Below, in pieces: positions 28,688 to 37,715 of a DNA stretch of 64,000 bases. Every line of letters starts with the position of its first letter. Within the stretch, counting starts at the first letter, position 1. The position numbers and the translations under genes were made by a program. Source of the DNA: Candidatus Bathyarchaeia archaeon (GTDB lineage: Archaea; Thermoproteota; Bathyarchaeia; Bathyarchaeales; Bathycorpusculaceae); assembly GCA_038883855.1 (NCBI GenBank), contig JAVZLH010000001.1:32001-96000 (forward strand). Direction: 5' to 3'. The notes beneath the pieces are model-generated. The model was given only the letters and a program-made list of their open reading frames with translations. It was not told the DNA's origin and searched no databases.

Positions 28688-31136
28688 AGCAAGGAGTGAC
28701 CTTATCATTTGGTTTGAAAATTTAAGAAAGACCGACATCCCTATTGTTGGCGGGAAGAACGCTAACTTAGGCGAAATGATAAGTGCTGGCATACCGGTTC
28801 CACCTGGCTTTGCTATCACAGTATACTCCTACAAAAAATTCATCGAGGAAACAGGGATAGCAGCAAAAATTTATGAAATAATTAAGGAAACTATGAGCAA
28901 CCCAAGCGATCCCGCACAGTATGGGATAGCTTCTAAAAAAATTCGCCAATTGATAGAATCAACACCAATGCCGAAAGAAATTGTCGATGCAATAAAGTCC
29001 GCTTACGAAGAATTAAGCAGGGGGGTCGGCATTAAAGATGTTTATGTTGCTGTAAGGTCAAGCGCAACAGCTGAAGACTTGGTCGACGCCTCCTTTGCTG
29101 GGCAACAAGAAACATACTTGAACGTGAAAGGTGTGGATGAAGTTTTAGAGAAAACCGTGAAATGCTGGTCAAGCCTCTTCAGTCCACGCGCGATATTTTA
29201 CCGTACTGAGAAGGGATTTGCCCATGAGAAAGTTTTCATAAGTGTTGGTGTTCAGAAGATGGTGAATTCAAAAGCAGCTGGAGTTATGTTCACAATAAAC
29301 CCTGTTACCGGGGATCCAAATCAGATTGTTATTGAGGGTAACTATGGTTTAGGTGAATCCGTTGTTTCTGGGGCAGTCACTCCAGATGATTTTGTTGTTG
29401 ACAAAAGAACTTTGAAGATAATTAGGAAAAAAGTTTCAAGAAAAACAGTGCAGTACATTCGCGACCCGAAAACGGGGAAAACCGTCCATTTGGCAGTTCC
29501 TGCGGAGAAGCAAGAACAGCCATGTATAAGTGACGAAGAAATTTTGAAACTTGCCGAATTGGCAATACGCATCGAAAAACATTATGGGACAGCCCAAGAC
29601 ATTGAATGGGCTATTGACAGTGACATACCTTTCCCAAACAACATATTTATATTGCAATCGAGACCAGAAACGGTTTGGAGCTTAAAACCTGCAGAGGCTC
29701 CGAAGGCTGAAGCTCTTGAAATTAAGCCTGCAGAAACGGTTAAAGTTGTAGTTAAGGGAATTGCAGCTGGCAAAAGAGACATTGGCGTTGGAAAGGCAAA
29801 GGTAATTCTGAATCCAGCAGAAGTCGCTAAGGTCATGCAGAAAGGCGACATACTAGTCACTGACATGACGAACCCAGACTATGTGCCCTTCATGAAATTA
29901 GCCAGCGCCATAGTTACGGATAAAGGTGGAGTGACATGTCATGCTGCAATTGTGAGTCGGGAACTTGGTGTACCCTGCGTAGTTGGAACAGAAAACGCGA
30001 CCAAAATCATGGTTACAGGTAAAGATTACACTGTGGATGCGAGAAGCGGAGTAGTCTACGAGGGGGTAGTGGCGACGTTGATAGATCAACCGAAAAAGGT
30101 GACTTCTGTAACCCCCGTGTCTTCATCATTGTTTGGGATTATTGAGTCTGTTCCTGTGACAGCAACGAAAATTTACATGAACTTAGGCGTGCCTGAAAAA
30201 ATCGAGGAGTATAAGGATCTACCTTTTGAGGGTATAGGGCTTATGCGCATAGAATTCATTTTGACAAGCCACATAGGCGAACATCCGCTTTATCTAATTG
30301 AAACTGGCCAAAGCCAAAAGTTTGTGGACAAACTCGCCGGTGGAATAGCCACAGTGGCAAGGGCGATTCAACCACGTCCAGTTGTTGTCCGTTTCAGCGA
30401 CTTCAAAACAAACGAGTATAGAGAGTTAAAGGGCGGAGAAAAATATGAGATTGTTGAAGCCAACCCTATGCTTGGGTGGAGAGGGTGCAGTCGCTACATA
30501 AGCCAATGGTACGAAAAAGCCTTCAGACTCGAGTGCCAAGCCATAGTGAAATGCCGCAAAGAATGGGGTTTAAAGAACGTTTGGGTCATGTTGCCAGTGG
30601 TCAGAACCGTTTGGGAAGCCAAAAAATGCTTAGAAATCATGAAAGAAGAAGGGCTGGAAAGAACAAAAGACTTTAAGATATGGTTTATGGCTGAAACGCC
30701 ATCCATAGCAATTCTTGCAGACGAGTTTTCCAAGCTATGTGATGGTTTCTCAATAGGCTCCAACGACATGACGCAAGGAATACTCATGATTGACAGAGAC
30801 TCCGAACGCTTGGGGCAAATGGGCTACTTCGACGAAAGAGACCCTGCAGTAAAACGCATAATAGCACATCTAATTAAAGTCGCTCATGAAAACGGATGCA
30901 CAGTCTCAATATGTGGAGAAGGGCCATCAAACCTGCCAGATTTTACAGAGTTTCTCGTAAGGGCTGGTATTGACAGCATATCTGTGAACAACGACGCGGT
31001 AATAGCCACCAAAAAGCTTGTGGCAAGCATAGAACAGAAAATAATTCTTGAGCGGCTTGCTGAACAGCGCGAAAGAGCCTTAGGGCGCCCAATCCAGACG
31101 CCGAAGCAAGATTGGGAATGGACGCCGCGATGGTAA
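28677..31136 (+). CDS. ppsA: phosphoenolpyruvate synthase
   Basis: VGGKNANLGEM, RSSATAED, phospho-His motif TCHAAIVSRE, NPMLGWRG, SIGSND, ICGE. Confidence 0.96.
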   Translation: MLSEARSDLIIWFENLRKTDIPIVGGKNANLGEMISAGIPVPPGFAITVYSYKKFIEETGIAAKIYEIIKETMSNPSDPAQYGIASKKIRQLIESTPMPKEIVDAIKSAYEELSRGVGIKDVYVAVRSSATAEDLVDASFAGQQETYLNVKGVDEVLEKTVKCWSSLFSPRAIFYRTEKGFAHEKVFISVGVQKMVNSKAAGVMFTINPVTGDPNQIVIEGNYGLGESVVSGAVTPDDFVVDKRTLKIIRKKVSRKTVQYIRDPKTGKTVHLAVPAEKQEQPCISDEEILKLAELAIRIEKHYGTAQDIEWAIDSDIPFPNNIFILQSRPETVWSLKPAEAPKAEALEIKPAETVKVVVKGIAAGKRDIGVGKAKVILNPAEVAKVMQKGDILVTDMTNPDYVPFMKLASAIVTDKGGVTCHAAIVSRELGVPCVVGTENATKIMVTGKDYTVDARSGVVYEGVVATLIDQPKKVTSVTPVSSSLFGIIESVPVTATKIYMNLGVPEKIEEYKDLPFEGIGLMRIEFILTSHIGEHPLYLIETGQSQKFVDKLAGGIATVARAIQPRPVVVRFSDFKTNEYRELKGGEKYEIVEANPMLGWRGCSRYISQWYEKAFRLECQAIVKCRKEWGLKNVWVMLPVVRTVWEAKKCLEIMKEEGLERTKDFKIWFMAETPSIAILADEFSKLCDGFSIGSNDMTQGILMIDRDSERLGQMGYFDERDPAVKRIIAHLIKVAHENGCTVSICGEGPSNLPDFTEFLVRAGIDSISVNNDAVIATKKLVASIEQKIILERLAEQRERALGRPIQTPKQDWEWTPRW

Positions 31137-31201
31137 GAATAAGCAAAGCAAATTCTGAACCGATTTCCCTTTAACGATACCGAAAATTTGGATGTATAAA
31201 C

Positions 31202-32203
31202 ATGAAGCATTTCGATTTTGAAGAGGAAAGGGTTAAACAAAAAATACTGGAGATTGGGGCAAAAAGAGTTTTAATTCAGCTTCCCGAGGGATTGAAAAAC
31301 GAGGCTATTCGCCTTTCAAAAATCGTTGAAAAGGCGGGAGCTTTGCCAATAATTTCCGCAGACCCTTGTTATGGCGCGTGTGACTTAGCAACTGCGGAAG
31401 CCGAAAGTTTAGATGCAGACTTAATAGTTCATTACGGTCATGCTAAAATGATAAAATATGAAAAAGTGCCTACACTTTACGTTGAAGCAAGGGCAACAAT
31501 CTCAGTAGAAGACGTTGTTAAGGAAGCTTTACCTCTTATGGAAAAATGGCGAAAAATAGGGCTAGCCACAACAGTGCAACACGTGCAAACCATCGATGTT
31601 GCCAAAGAAATTTTACTCCATGCTGGCAAAACCGTCGTCGTTGGCGATGCCGGACGGATGCATTACCCTGGGCAAGTGATTGGATGCGACTATAGCAACG
31701 CGAGGTCGGTGGCTGGAGACGTTGACGCTTTCCTCTTTGTTGGAGGCGGGCGCTTTCATGCTCTGGGCGTGGGGGTTTCCACATTTAAACCTACAATAAT
31801 CGCAGACCCCTACGAAAAAAGGGCCTATTCGATAGATGAGGCTGTTCAAAAAGTTCTTAAGCAAAGGTGGGCATGCGTCGAAGAAGTGTTGGAAGCAAAG
31901 ATTTTTGCGGTTTTAATAGGGTTGAAAACCGGGCAGAAGAGGCTTGATATAGCCTTTAACGTAAAGGAAAAACTTGAAAAAAGCGGCAAAACTGTTTATC
32001 TTTTTGCTGCTAGGGAGATTACTCCAGAAGTACTTATGGAGTTTCCAACAGTAGAAGCTTTCGTTAACACTGCTTGTCCCAGAATATCGCTTGATGACGC
32101 GTCAAAATTCAAAAAACCTGTGCTAACGGTAAGCGAGGCTTTGGTTGTTGCTGGCGAATTGTCTTGGGAAGAGTTATGCAAAAGAGGCTTATTCGAAAAT
32201 TAG
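31202..32203 (+). CDS. dph2: diphthamide biosynthesis enzyme Dph2
   Basis: QLPEGL, CYGACD, HYGH, GQVIGC, TACPR. Confidence 0.95.
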   Translation: MKHFDFEEERVKQKILEIGAKRVLIQLPEGLKNEAIRLSKIVEKAGALPIISADPCYGACDLATAEAESLDADLIVHYGHAKMIKYEKVPTLYVEARATISVEDVVKEALPLMEKWRKIGLATTVQHVQTIDVAKEILLHAGKTVVVGDAGRMHYPGQVIGCDYSNARSVAGDVDAFLFVGGGRFHALGVGVSTFKPTIIADPYEKRAYSIDEAVQKVLKQRWACVEEVLEAKIFAVLIGLKTGQKRLDIAFNVKEKLEKSGKTVYLFAAREITPEVLMEFPTVEAFVNTACPRISLDDASKFKKPVLTVSEALVVAGELSWEELCKRGLFEN

Positions 32204-32895
32204 ACCTTGAACTGGCGCTGTCGCAAATAAAGCCTCACCCTTCTCCAAAACCAAGTCTTGAACAATACACCATCCCCACAGACGTTGCGGCAAAAATGCT
32301 TTACATAGCAGCCTACACGTATGATGATATTATTGGGAAGACGGTTTTAGACCTCGGCTGTGGAACTGGGAGGCTGGCTTTGGGAGCAGCTTTCTTAGGC
32401 GCAAAAAAGGTTGTAGGCGTGGATATCGACAAAAGCGCGGTGACCACAGCTTTAGAAAATTCAAAGCGAATGGAGTTAAGAAAGAAGGTGCAGTGGGTTG
32501 TTGCCGACATAGAGGTTGTAAAAGGAAATTTTGATACCGTCCTACAGAACCCTCCCTTTGGCGTCCAGAAACGTGAAGCAGACCGAAAATTCATTAAGAA
32601 AGCTTTGGAGACAGGCAAAGTTGTATATTCGCTTCACAAAAGCCCAAACGCAAAAAGGGATTTGATTAAAAAGTTAAAGGCAAATGGGAAGGGCATCGTA
32701 CAGACTTGTCCATCGCCCTTTTTGCAATGGTTTATTGAGAAGCACGGTGGACGGATAAGAGACGTTTACTCAATGGTTATGGCCATTCCATGCATGTTCT
32801 CCTTTCACAAAAGGAAAAAACACGAGTTCATAGTTGACTTATACATAATAGAAAAGGAAGACAAATGCACATGGCAACTAAAGCGGAACTTTTAA
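32176..32895 (+). CDS. METTL5 family RNA methyltransferase
   Basis: LEQY, DLGCGTG.L, NPPFG, YSLH, FSFH. Confidence 0.9.
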   Translation: MQKRLIRKLDLELALSQIKPHPSPKPSLEQYTIPTDVAAKMLYIAAYTYDDIIGKTVLDLGCGTGRLALGAAFLGAKKVVGVDIDKSAVTTALENSKRMELRKKVQWVVADIEVVKGNFDTVLQNPPFGVQKREADRKFIKKALETGKVVYSLHKSPNAKRDLIKKLKANGKGIVQTCPSPFLQWFIEKHGGRIRDVYSMVMAIPCMFSFHKRKKHEFIVDLYIIEKEDKCTWQLKRNF

Positions 32896-33467
32896 AGACA
32901 ATTGCAGATGAAGTTACTGCTTGCCGCAAATGCCACCTTTGGAAAACTCGAAAGAACGCAGTTCCGGGCGAAGGCAACCCAGACGCGCTTGTCATGCTTG
33001 TCGGCGAAGCGCCGGGCTACTGGGAAGATGTTAAGGGACAACCTTTTGTTGGCGCCGCCGGCAAATTCCTCGAAAGTTTGCTAGCCATAGTCGGGTTTTC
33101 GAGGGAAAACGTTTTCATCTGTAATATTTTGAAGTGTCGCCCGCCCGGAAACCGCGCCCCTTCACCGCAAGAAATACAGACTTGCACACCTTATTTGGAT
33201 AGGCAAATTGAGGTTATCAAGCCGAAGGTTATTGTCACGCTTGGCAATCATTCTTCTGCTTATATCTTTTCCAAGGCTGGGCTTGAGTTCAAAAGCATAA
33301 CGCAAGCCCGTGGAAAATTTTATGACGCTGCCATTTTGGGTGGAGAGACCATTGTTTTTCCAACATTCCATCCAGCTGCGGCTTTGTATAGCGCAAAATA
33401 CAAGGAACAAATAACCGACGACTTTAAACTGTTGAAGCAAAAGCTTGCAGAAAAGGGAATGATTTAA
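32871..33467 (+). CDS. udg: family 4 uracil-DNA glycosylase
   Basis: CRKC, GEAPG, PFVG, KCRPP.NR, HPAA. Confidence 0.95.
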   Translation: MATKAELLKTIADEVTACRKCHLWKTRKNAVPGEGNPDALVMLVGEAPGYWEDVKGQPFVGAAGKFLESLLAIVGFSRENVFICNILKCRPPGNRAPSPQEIQTCTPYLDRQIEVIKPKVIVTLGNHSSAYIFSKAGLEFKSITQARGKFYDAAILGGETIVFPTFHPAAALYSAKYKEQITDDFKLLKQKLAEKGMI

Positions 33468-34381
33468 CCTTCAAACTTCACGGCTGAATTTAATTCGGCG
33501 ATAAGTTCATCGATGTTCTTGAAAGTTTTAGAAGGTAAATCCTTAAGGACGGTTTCAAGCCTAACTTGTTTACCTTCCTCTAACTCCACAAGCTTCCACC
33601 CAACTCTTTTTACCAAAACGCTTTTCGAAACGGGAAAACGGGTTTTCCCCGCCACTTCCTTAATTGAGGCTAAACCTTTCCCGCTTGTTACTTTTGGAAA
33701 GGCGCCCTTTGACAAGTATTCAGTGAAACGCAGGGCATCATCAAACATTGAGAGGTTGTTGAAAAGAACATAAACAGCCCTCGCCTTTTTCTCGTATGGC
33801 GTAATAAGTTCCTTAAGTTTTTGAAGTTCAGCATCACTGTACTGGTAATAGTACATTTGTTTTCCTAAACCATGAAGTCTAAAATAGGCTATTTCGCCAG
33901 TGTAAGCTGGCAACGTCTTAAACGGGTCAGTAACGTGCGTGATGTCCAACTCCTTTAACACTTTTTCCAGTTTCTCATAAGTTTCAGTTTTTTCCCATTG
34001 TGGTCCGCGTGTTTCCCAAACCAAGGCGAGGTCTTCACATTTTATTTTTCTGAAAAACTTTTCCGCTTCCGCCAATCTGTCTGGTCTAAAAGATGCGGGA
34101 GTTTGGAAAAGAAGGATTCTAGAATTTAAAACTTTGCAGATTTGTTTCATCCGATTAAAGGCTTGAACACTTGCATCTTCCACTTTCATTTTGGATTTGT
34201 GGCTGATGTCTTGATGTGCCTTAACTGTAAATTCAAAATTTTTCGGAGCTTTTTCACGCCAACCCCTAACGGTTTCGATTCGCGGATACTGGTAAAAAGT
34301 GGTGTTCAACTCTACTAGGCTGAGGTTTTCAAAGTATTTTTTCATGGATGTTGGAAAACCGCAACATCCAACCTTAATCAT
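33464..34381 (-). CDS. DUF72 family protein with C-terminal extension
   Basis: VGCCGF, VELNTTFY, KAHQ.ISH, YFRLHG, FNN. Confidence 0.9.
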   Translation of the reverse strand: MIKVGCCGFPTSMKKYFENLSLVELNTTFYQYPRIETVRGWREKAPKNFEFTVKAHQDISHKSKMKVEDASVQAFNRMKQICKVLNSRILLFQTPASFRPDRLAEAEKFFRKIKCEDLALVWETRGPQWEKTETYEKLEKVLKELDITHVTDPFKTLPAYTGEIAYFRLHGLGKQMYYYQYSDAELQKLKELITPYEKKARAVYVLFNNLSMFDDALRFTEYLSKGAFPKVTSGKGLASIKEVAGKTRFPVSKSVLVKRVGWKLVELEEGKQVRLETVLKDLPSKTFKNIDELIAELNSAVKFEG

Positions 34382-34393
34382 TTTCCTTCGCCG

Positions 34394-35161
34394 TTAAGCG
34401 CTTATTTTTGGAGGCGGATGGACTGGCTTGCCGAGTTTTCGGCGTAAGGCAATACGGTATAGTTTTCTTAAAGATTTTACGAGTTGCTCGATGCTTGGCA
34501 AACTGGAGTGGATGAGGGGGATGGAGTCGTACTCGGCGAACTTAATTGAATTTTCATCCGGAAAAGCGTTGTGGAATACGACTACCCGCGGCTTGAGGCT
34601 GCTCATGCGGACAATAAGCATGGGTGAAATTCCATTGTCAACATAGGTAAAAATAAGCGCTCTTTCTGTTGTAGCGCCAAACAGCTGTGAAAACTCGAAA
34701 CCCGAAAAAGTTTCAATAACCCTTTTACTATCCACAACAGTGTAGCCCAAAACCTCCTTCACATGACGGTCCGCGCATGCCACAACCTCTCCTCTAAGGG
34801 CTTTACATAAATATTCCACGCGAACTGGAATAGGGAACTCACGCAGGTCTATGATAGCGTTACTAGGTGAACCCGTGAGCTTTGCAAACTCTCGAACAAA
34901 ACGGCCTCCACGTTCCTCATCAATTTGTAAAAGTGCCCAAACAAACCTACGGACAAACTTTGTGCCTGGACTTTTTCGTCTCCCACTTTCGTAGTCGCTG
35001 ATGACAGATGGCGAAAGAACCATTTTGTCTGAAAGGGTTGTCTGTGAAATGGCGAAAAGCTCGCGCCACTTGCGCATGGTTGCGCCAGGCTTACTTGACA
35101 GTATTATTTCGCCCGCAATTCTTCTAGCCAAAACCTCGCGAATGCTTGGAGACACAGACAT
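34394..35161 (-). CDS. archaeal XRE-HTH transcriptional regulator (COG1709-like)
   Basis: IAGEI.LS..PG, MRKWRE, SVISDYESGRRKSPG, RALIFT. Confidence 0.85.
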   Translation of the reverse strand: MSVSPSIREVLARRIAGEIILSSKPGATMRKWRELFAISQTTLSDKMVLSPSVISDYESGRRKSPGTKFVRRFVWALLQIDEERGGRFVREFAKLTGSPSNAIIDLREFPIPVRVEYLCKALRGEVVACADRHVKEVLGYTVVDSKRVIETFSGFEFSQLFGATTERALIFTYVDNGISPMLIVRMSSLKPRVVVFHNAFPDENSIKFAEYDSIPLIHSSLPSIEQLVKSLRKLYRIALRRKLGKPVHPPPKISA

Positions 35162-35227
35162 GTAACCGCGTTCCCTTCCTAGCCGCTATTTTCCCTTAAA
35201 ATAGCCCGATATAAAACTGTACCGCTT

Positions 35228-36130
35228 TCAATTTGCGAAGACTAAGAAAATTCCAGCAACAATTAACATGGAACCTAAAACGTTCTGTTTTGTAACTTTT
35301 TCATGTAAAAAAATGATTCCGGACAGCATTGAAAAGAGAGGCGTTATGGAAGATATTGGTACCGCTCGCGATTCTGGAGTTTTAACAGCAAAACTATACG
35401 TTAGGAAGAACCATCCCAGTCCCAAAGATGCAACTCCACCAACGCTAGACGCAAGAAATGTTTCTTTTCGTATCTTTAGAAAACTAAATTCCCTATCTCC
35501 TATAGGAGCCAAGACCAGTAGAAAAACTGCTGTTATCACTACCCTTATGGTGTTAACTGCCAACGCGTGGTCAAAATTGGAGGCTTCTTTTACAGTCATA
35601 TTTACCATCGATATACTTATAGACCATGTTATGGCGGTCAATACGGCTAAAGCAATGCCCTTGACAAGAATTTTTCTAGCCACCTCCACATGCTTTCTCT
35701 GTTTATCTTGACCTAGAAGCCATATTCCCAAAACTATTATAATCACCCCCGTAATTATCTGGAGTGAAATAATTTCTCCTCCTAGCAGCGTTGCCCATAA
35801 AAGACTGAACAGCGGATACGTGCATGTTATTGGAACAGTCTTGACAACTCCTATCATTTTTAAACTTGCTAGATACAATGTGTCACCGAGGCCTAAGCCA
35901 ATTAACCCGCTTATGCACGCAAGAATCAGCGCCTTTGAAGTTAGCACCGCTAAAATTTCAAGTTTGCTGGCTAGCGCAAGAAAAATGAGAAGAATTAGGC
36001 TTGTGGACGTGCATCGCACAATGTTCACAGCGACTGGTTTCACGTTTAACAACGCCTTTTTATACAACACTGCCGATACAGTCCAACATAACGCGGCGCC
36101 TAAAGCCGCCATTTCACCTTCACTGATCAT
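35228..36130 (-). CDS. DMT/EamA family transporter
   Basis: About 10 TM segments, duplicated EamA pattern, FLHEK. Confidence 0.88.
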   Translation of the reverse strand: MISEGEMAALGAALCWTVSAVLYKKALLNVKPVAVNIVRCTSTSLILLIFLALASKLEILAVLTSKALILACISGLIGLGLGDTLYLASLKMIGVVKTVPITCTYPLFSLLWATLLGGEIISLQIITGVIIIVLGIWLLGQDKQRKHVEVARKILVKGIALAVLTAITWSISISMVNMTVKEASNFDHALAVNTIRVVITAVFLLVLAPIGDREFSFLKIRKETFLASSVGGVASLGLGWFFLTYSFAVKTPESRAVPISSITPLFSMLSGIIFLHEKVTKQNVLGSMLIVAGIFLVFAN

Positions 36131-36227
36131 CTGCCCTCACAACTATTCAATTTTAAAGTAGAGATTTATTTGAAAGAGCTAAATAAATATCTAGCACTTG
36201 AATAAAGTCTTCCGTAAGGTAATATGC

Positions 36228-36923
36228 ATGGAATTTGACATCTTTTGGCGCGCTGAAGTTTGCGCACGTTTCCCAAAGCTTACTGTTGGTTTGGGCTTAA
36301 TTAAAGGTGTGAATATAGAGAAAGAGAACGAACAGATTAAGAAACTTAAAGAAACAGTATACAATGAAGTAAGAAGTAAATATAATGTTGAGACATTAAA
36401 AGACAACCCAATAGTAAGAGCCTATAGGGACTTCTACTGGAAACTCGCCATAGACCCAACAAAAACACGCCCTTCAGGCGAAGCCCTTCTTAGAAGAGTT
36501 TTACATGGGAATGAGCTTCCAAAAATATCCACAGTTGTGGACGCCTACAACTTGGCTTCCATGAAAACAATAATCCCGATAAGCGGCTTTGACTGTGAAA
36601 AGCTGGATCCACCCTTTCATGTGAGATTTGCGAATAACGGAGAAACTTTCCTTGGAATAGGGATGAGCAAACCGATGACTTTAACAGATAAAATGCTTGT
36701 TTTAGCCGACAAAAGCCAAGTTTTATCTGTATACCCGCACAGAGACTCTGACCACACAAGAATTACTGAAAGCACAAAAAACGTGTTAATTGTTGCTTAC
36801 GGCGCACCGGAAATAACAGAGCGACAACTGAAAGAGGCTGTGGAAACAACTCTTTCATATATTAAGCAAGTCTCCAGCGGAGAAATTCAAGCAATAAAAG
36901 TTTTTAGTGCCACCTCCAAATGA
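36228..36923 (+). CDS. B3/B4 domain protein (PheRS-beta editing-like)
   Basis: AYRDFY, DPTKTRPSGEALLRR, VDAYN, RDS..T. Confidence 0.88.
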   Translation: MEFDIFWRAEVCARFPKLTVGLGLIKGVNIEKENEQIKKLKETVYNEVRSKYNVETLKDNPIVRAYRDFYWKLAIDPTKTRPSGEALLRRVLHGNELPKISTVVDAYNLASMKTIIPISGFDCEKLDPPFHVRFANNGETFLGIGMSKPMTLTDKMLVLADKSQVLSVYPHRDSDHTRITESTKNVLIVAYGAPEITERQLKEAVETTLSYIKQVSSGEIQAIKVFSATSK

Positions 36924-36929
36924 AATGAG

Positions 36930-37703
36930 GTGTTTGATGTGTTATTTCGCGATAGAATAGAGCAAGTAGCCAAAAAGCAAGGGTCAAACATCGTTTTGGC
37001 TTTGGACTTTCCCTTTGAAAAACCGGAAAACCGTTCAAATCTTTTCTCCAAAGCAGAAAAAATCTTGGAGGCGGCATATCCTTATGTTTGCGCAGTGAAG
37101 TTTAATCATCATTTGATTCTTCCCCTAGGCGTGTTTGACGGAATTCAAGAACTCGTCAAAAAGGTTCATGACTATGGGCTAGTGGCGATAATGGACTGCA
37201 AAGCAAACGATATAGGTTCAACAAATGAGGTTATAGCCCAATATTATTATGCTGCTGGCTTCGACGCTTTAATAGCAAACCCCTTCATCGGGTGGGAAGA
37301 GGGCTTAAAACCAATTTTTGATGTTGCGCAGAAACTGGAGCGCGGCGTAATCCTTCTCGTTTACATGAGTCATAAAGGAGCAGTTGAAGGCTATGGACAA
37401 ACGGTTATAGACGCTGAAACTGGTAAGGAAACACCACAGTATCTTTTATTTGCTAAAAAAGCCCGCAAGTATGAAGCAGACGGGGCGGTGGTTGGCGCAA
37501 CATACCCTGAAAAAATAAGAGAAGTTTACGCAATACTCGGCGAAAACGTTCCAATTTATTCGCCTGGCATAGGTGTTCAAGGAGGCGAGGCAAAATCCGC
37601 TTTAAAGGCTGGCGCCCGCTACCTCATTGTAGGGAGGTCGATAACGCAAGCGCAGAATCCTGCAGAGACTGCAAAGCAGATCTGGAAAATTTCCAGACGC
37701 TGA
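36930..37703 (+). CDS. pyrF: orotidine-5'-phosphate decarboxylase
   Basis: DCKANDIGST, VVGAT, SPGIG.QGG, IVGRSI. Confidence 0.94.
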   Translation: MFDVLFRDRIEQVAKKQGSNIVLALDFPFEKPENRSNLFSKAEKILEAAYPYVCAVKFNHHLILPLGVFDGIQELVKKVHDYGLVAIMDCKANDIGSTNEVIAQYYYAAGFDALIANPFIGWEEGLKPIFDVAQKLERGVILLVYMSHKGAVEGYGQTVIDAETGKETPQYLLFAKKARKYEADGAVVGATYPEKIREVYAILGENVPIYSPGIGVQGGEAKSALKAGARYLIVGRSITQAQNPAETAKQIWKISRR

Positions 37704-37715
37704 TATTTACTGGTT

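Noticed and set aside
32640-32730. Apparent ~20-aa insertion in METTL5 with an AAGGGC/GCCCTT hairpin as a second, in-frame intron
   Set aside because: No 3-nt bulge / 4-bp helix geometry found, and the frame is open; more likely a lineage-specific protein loop
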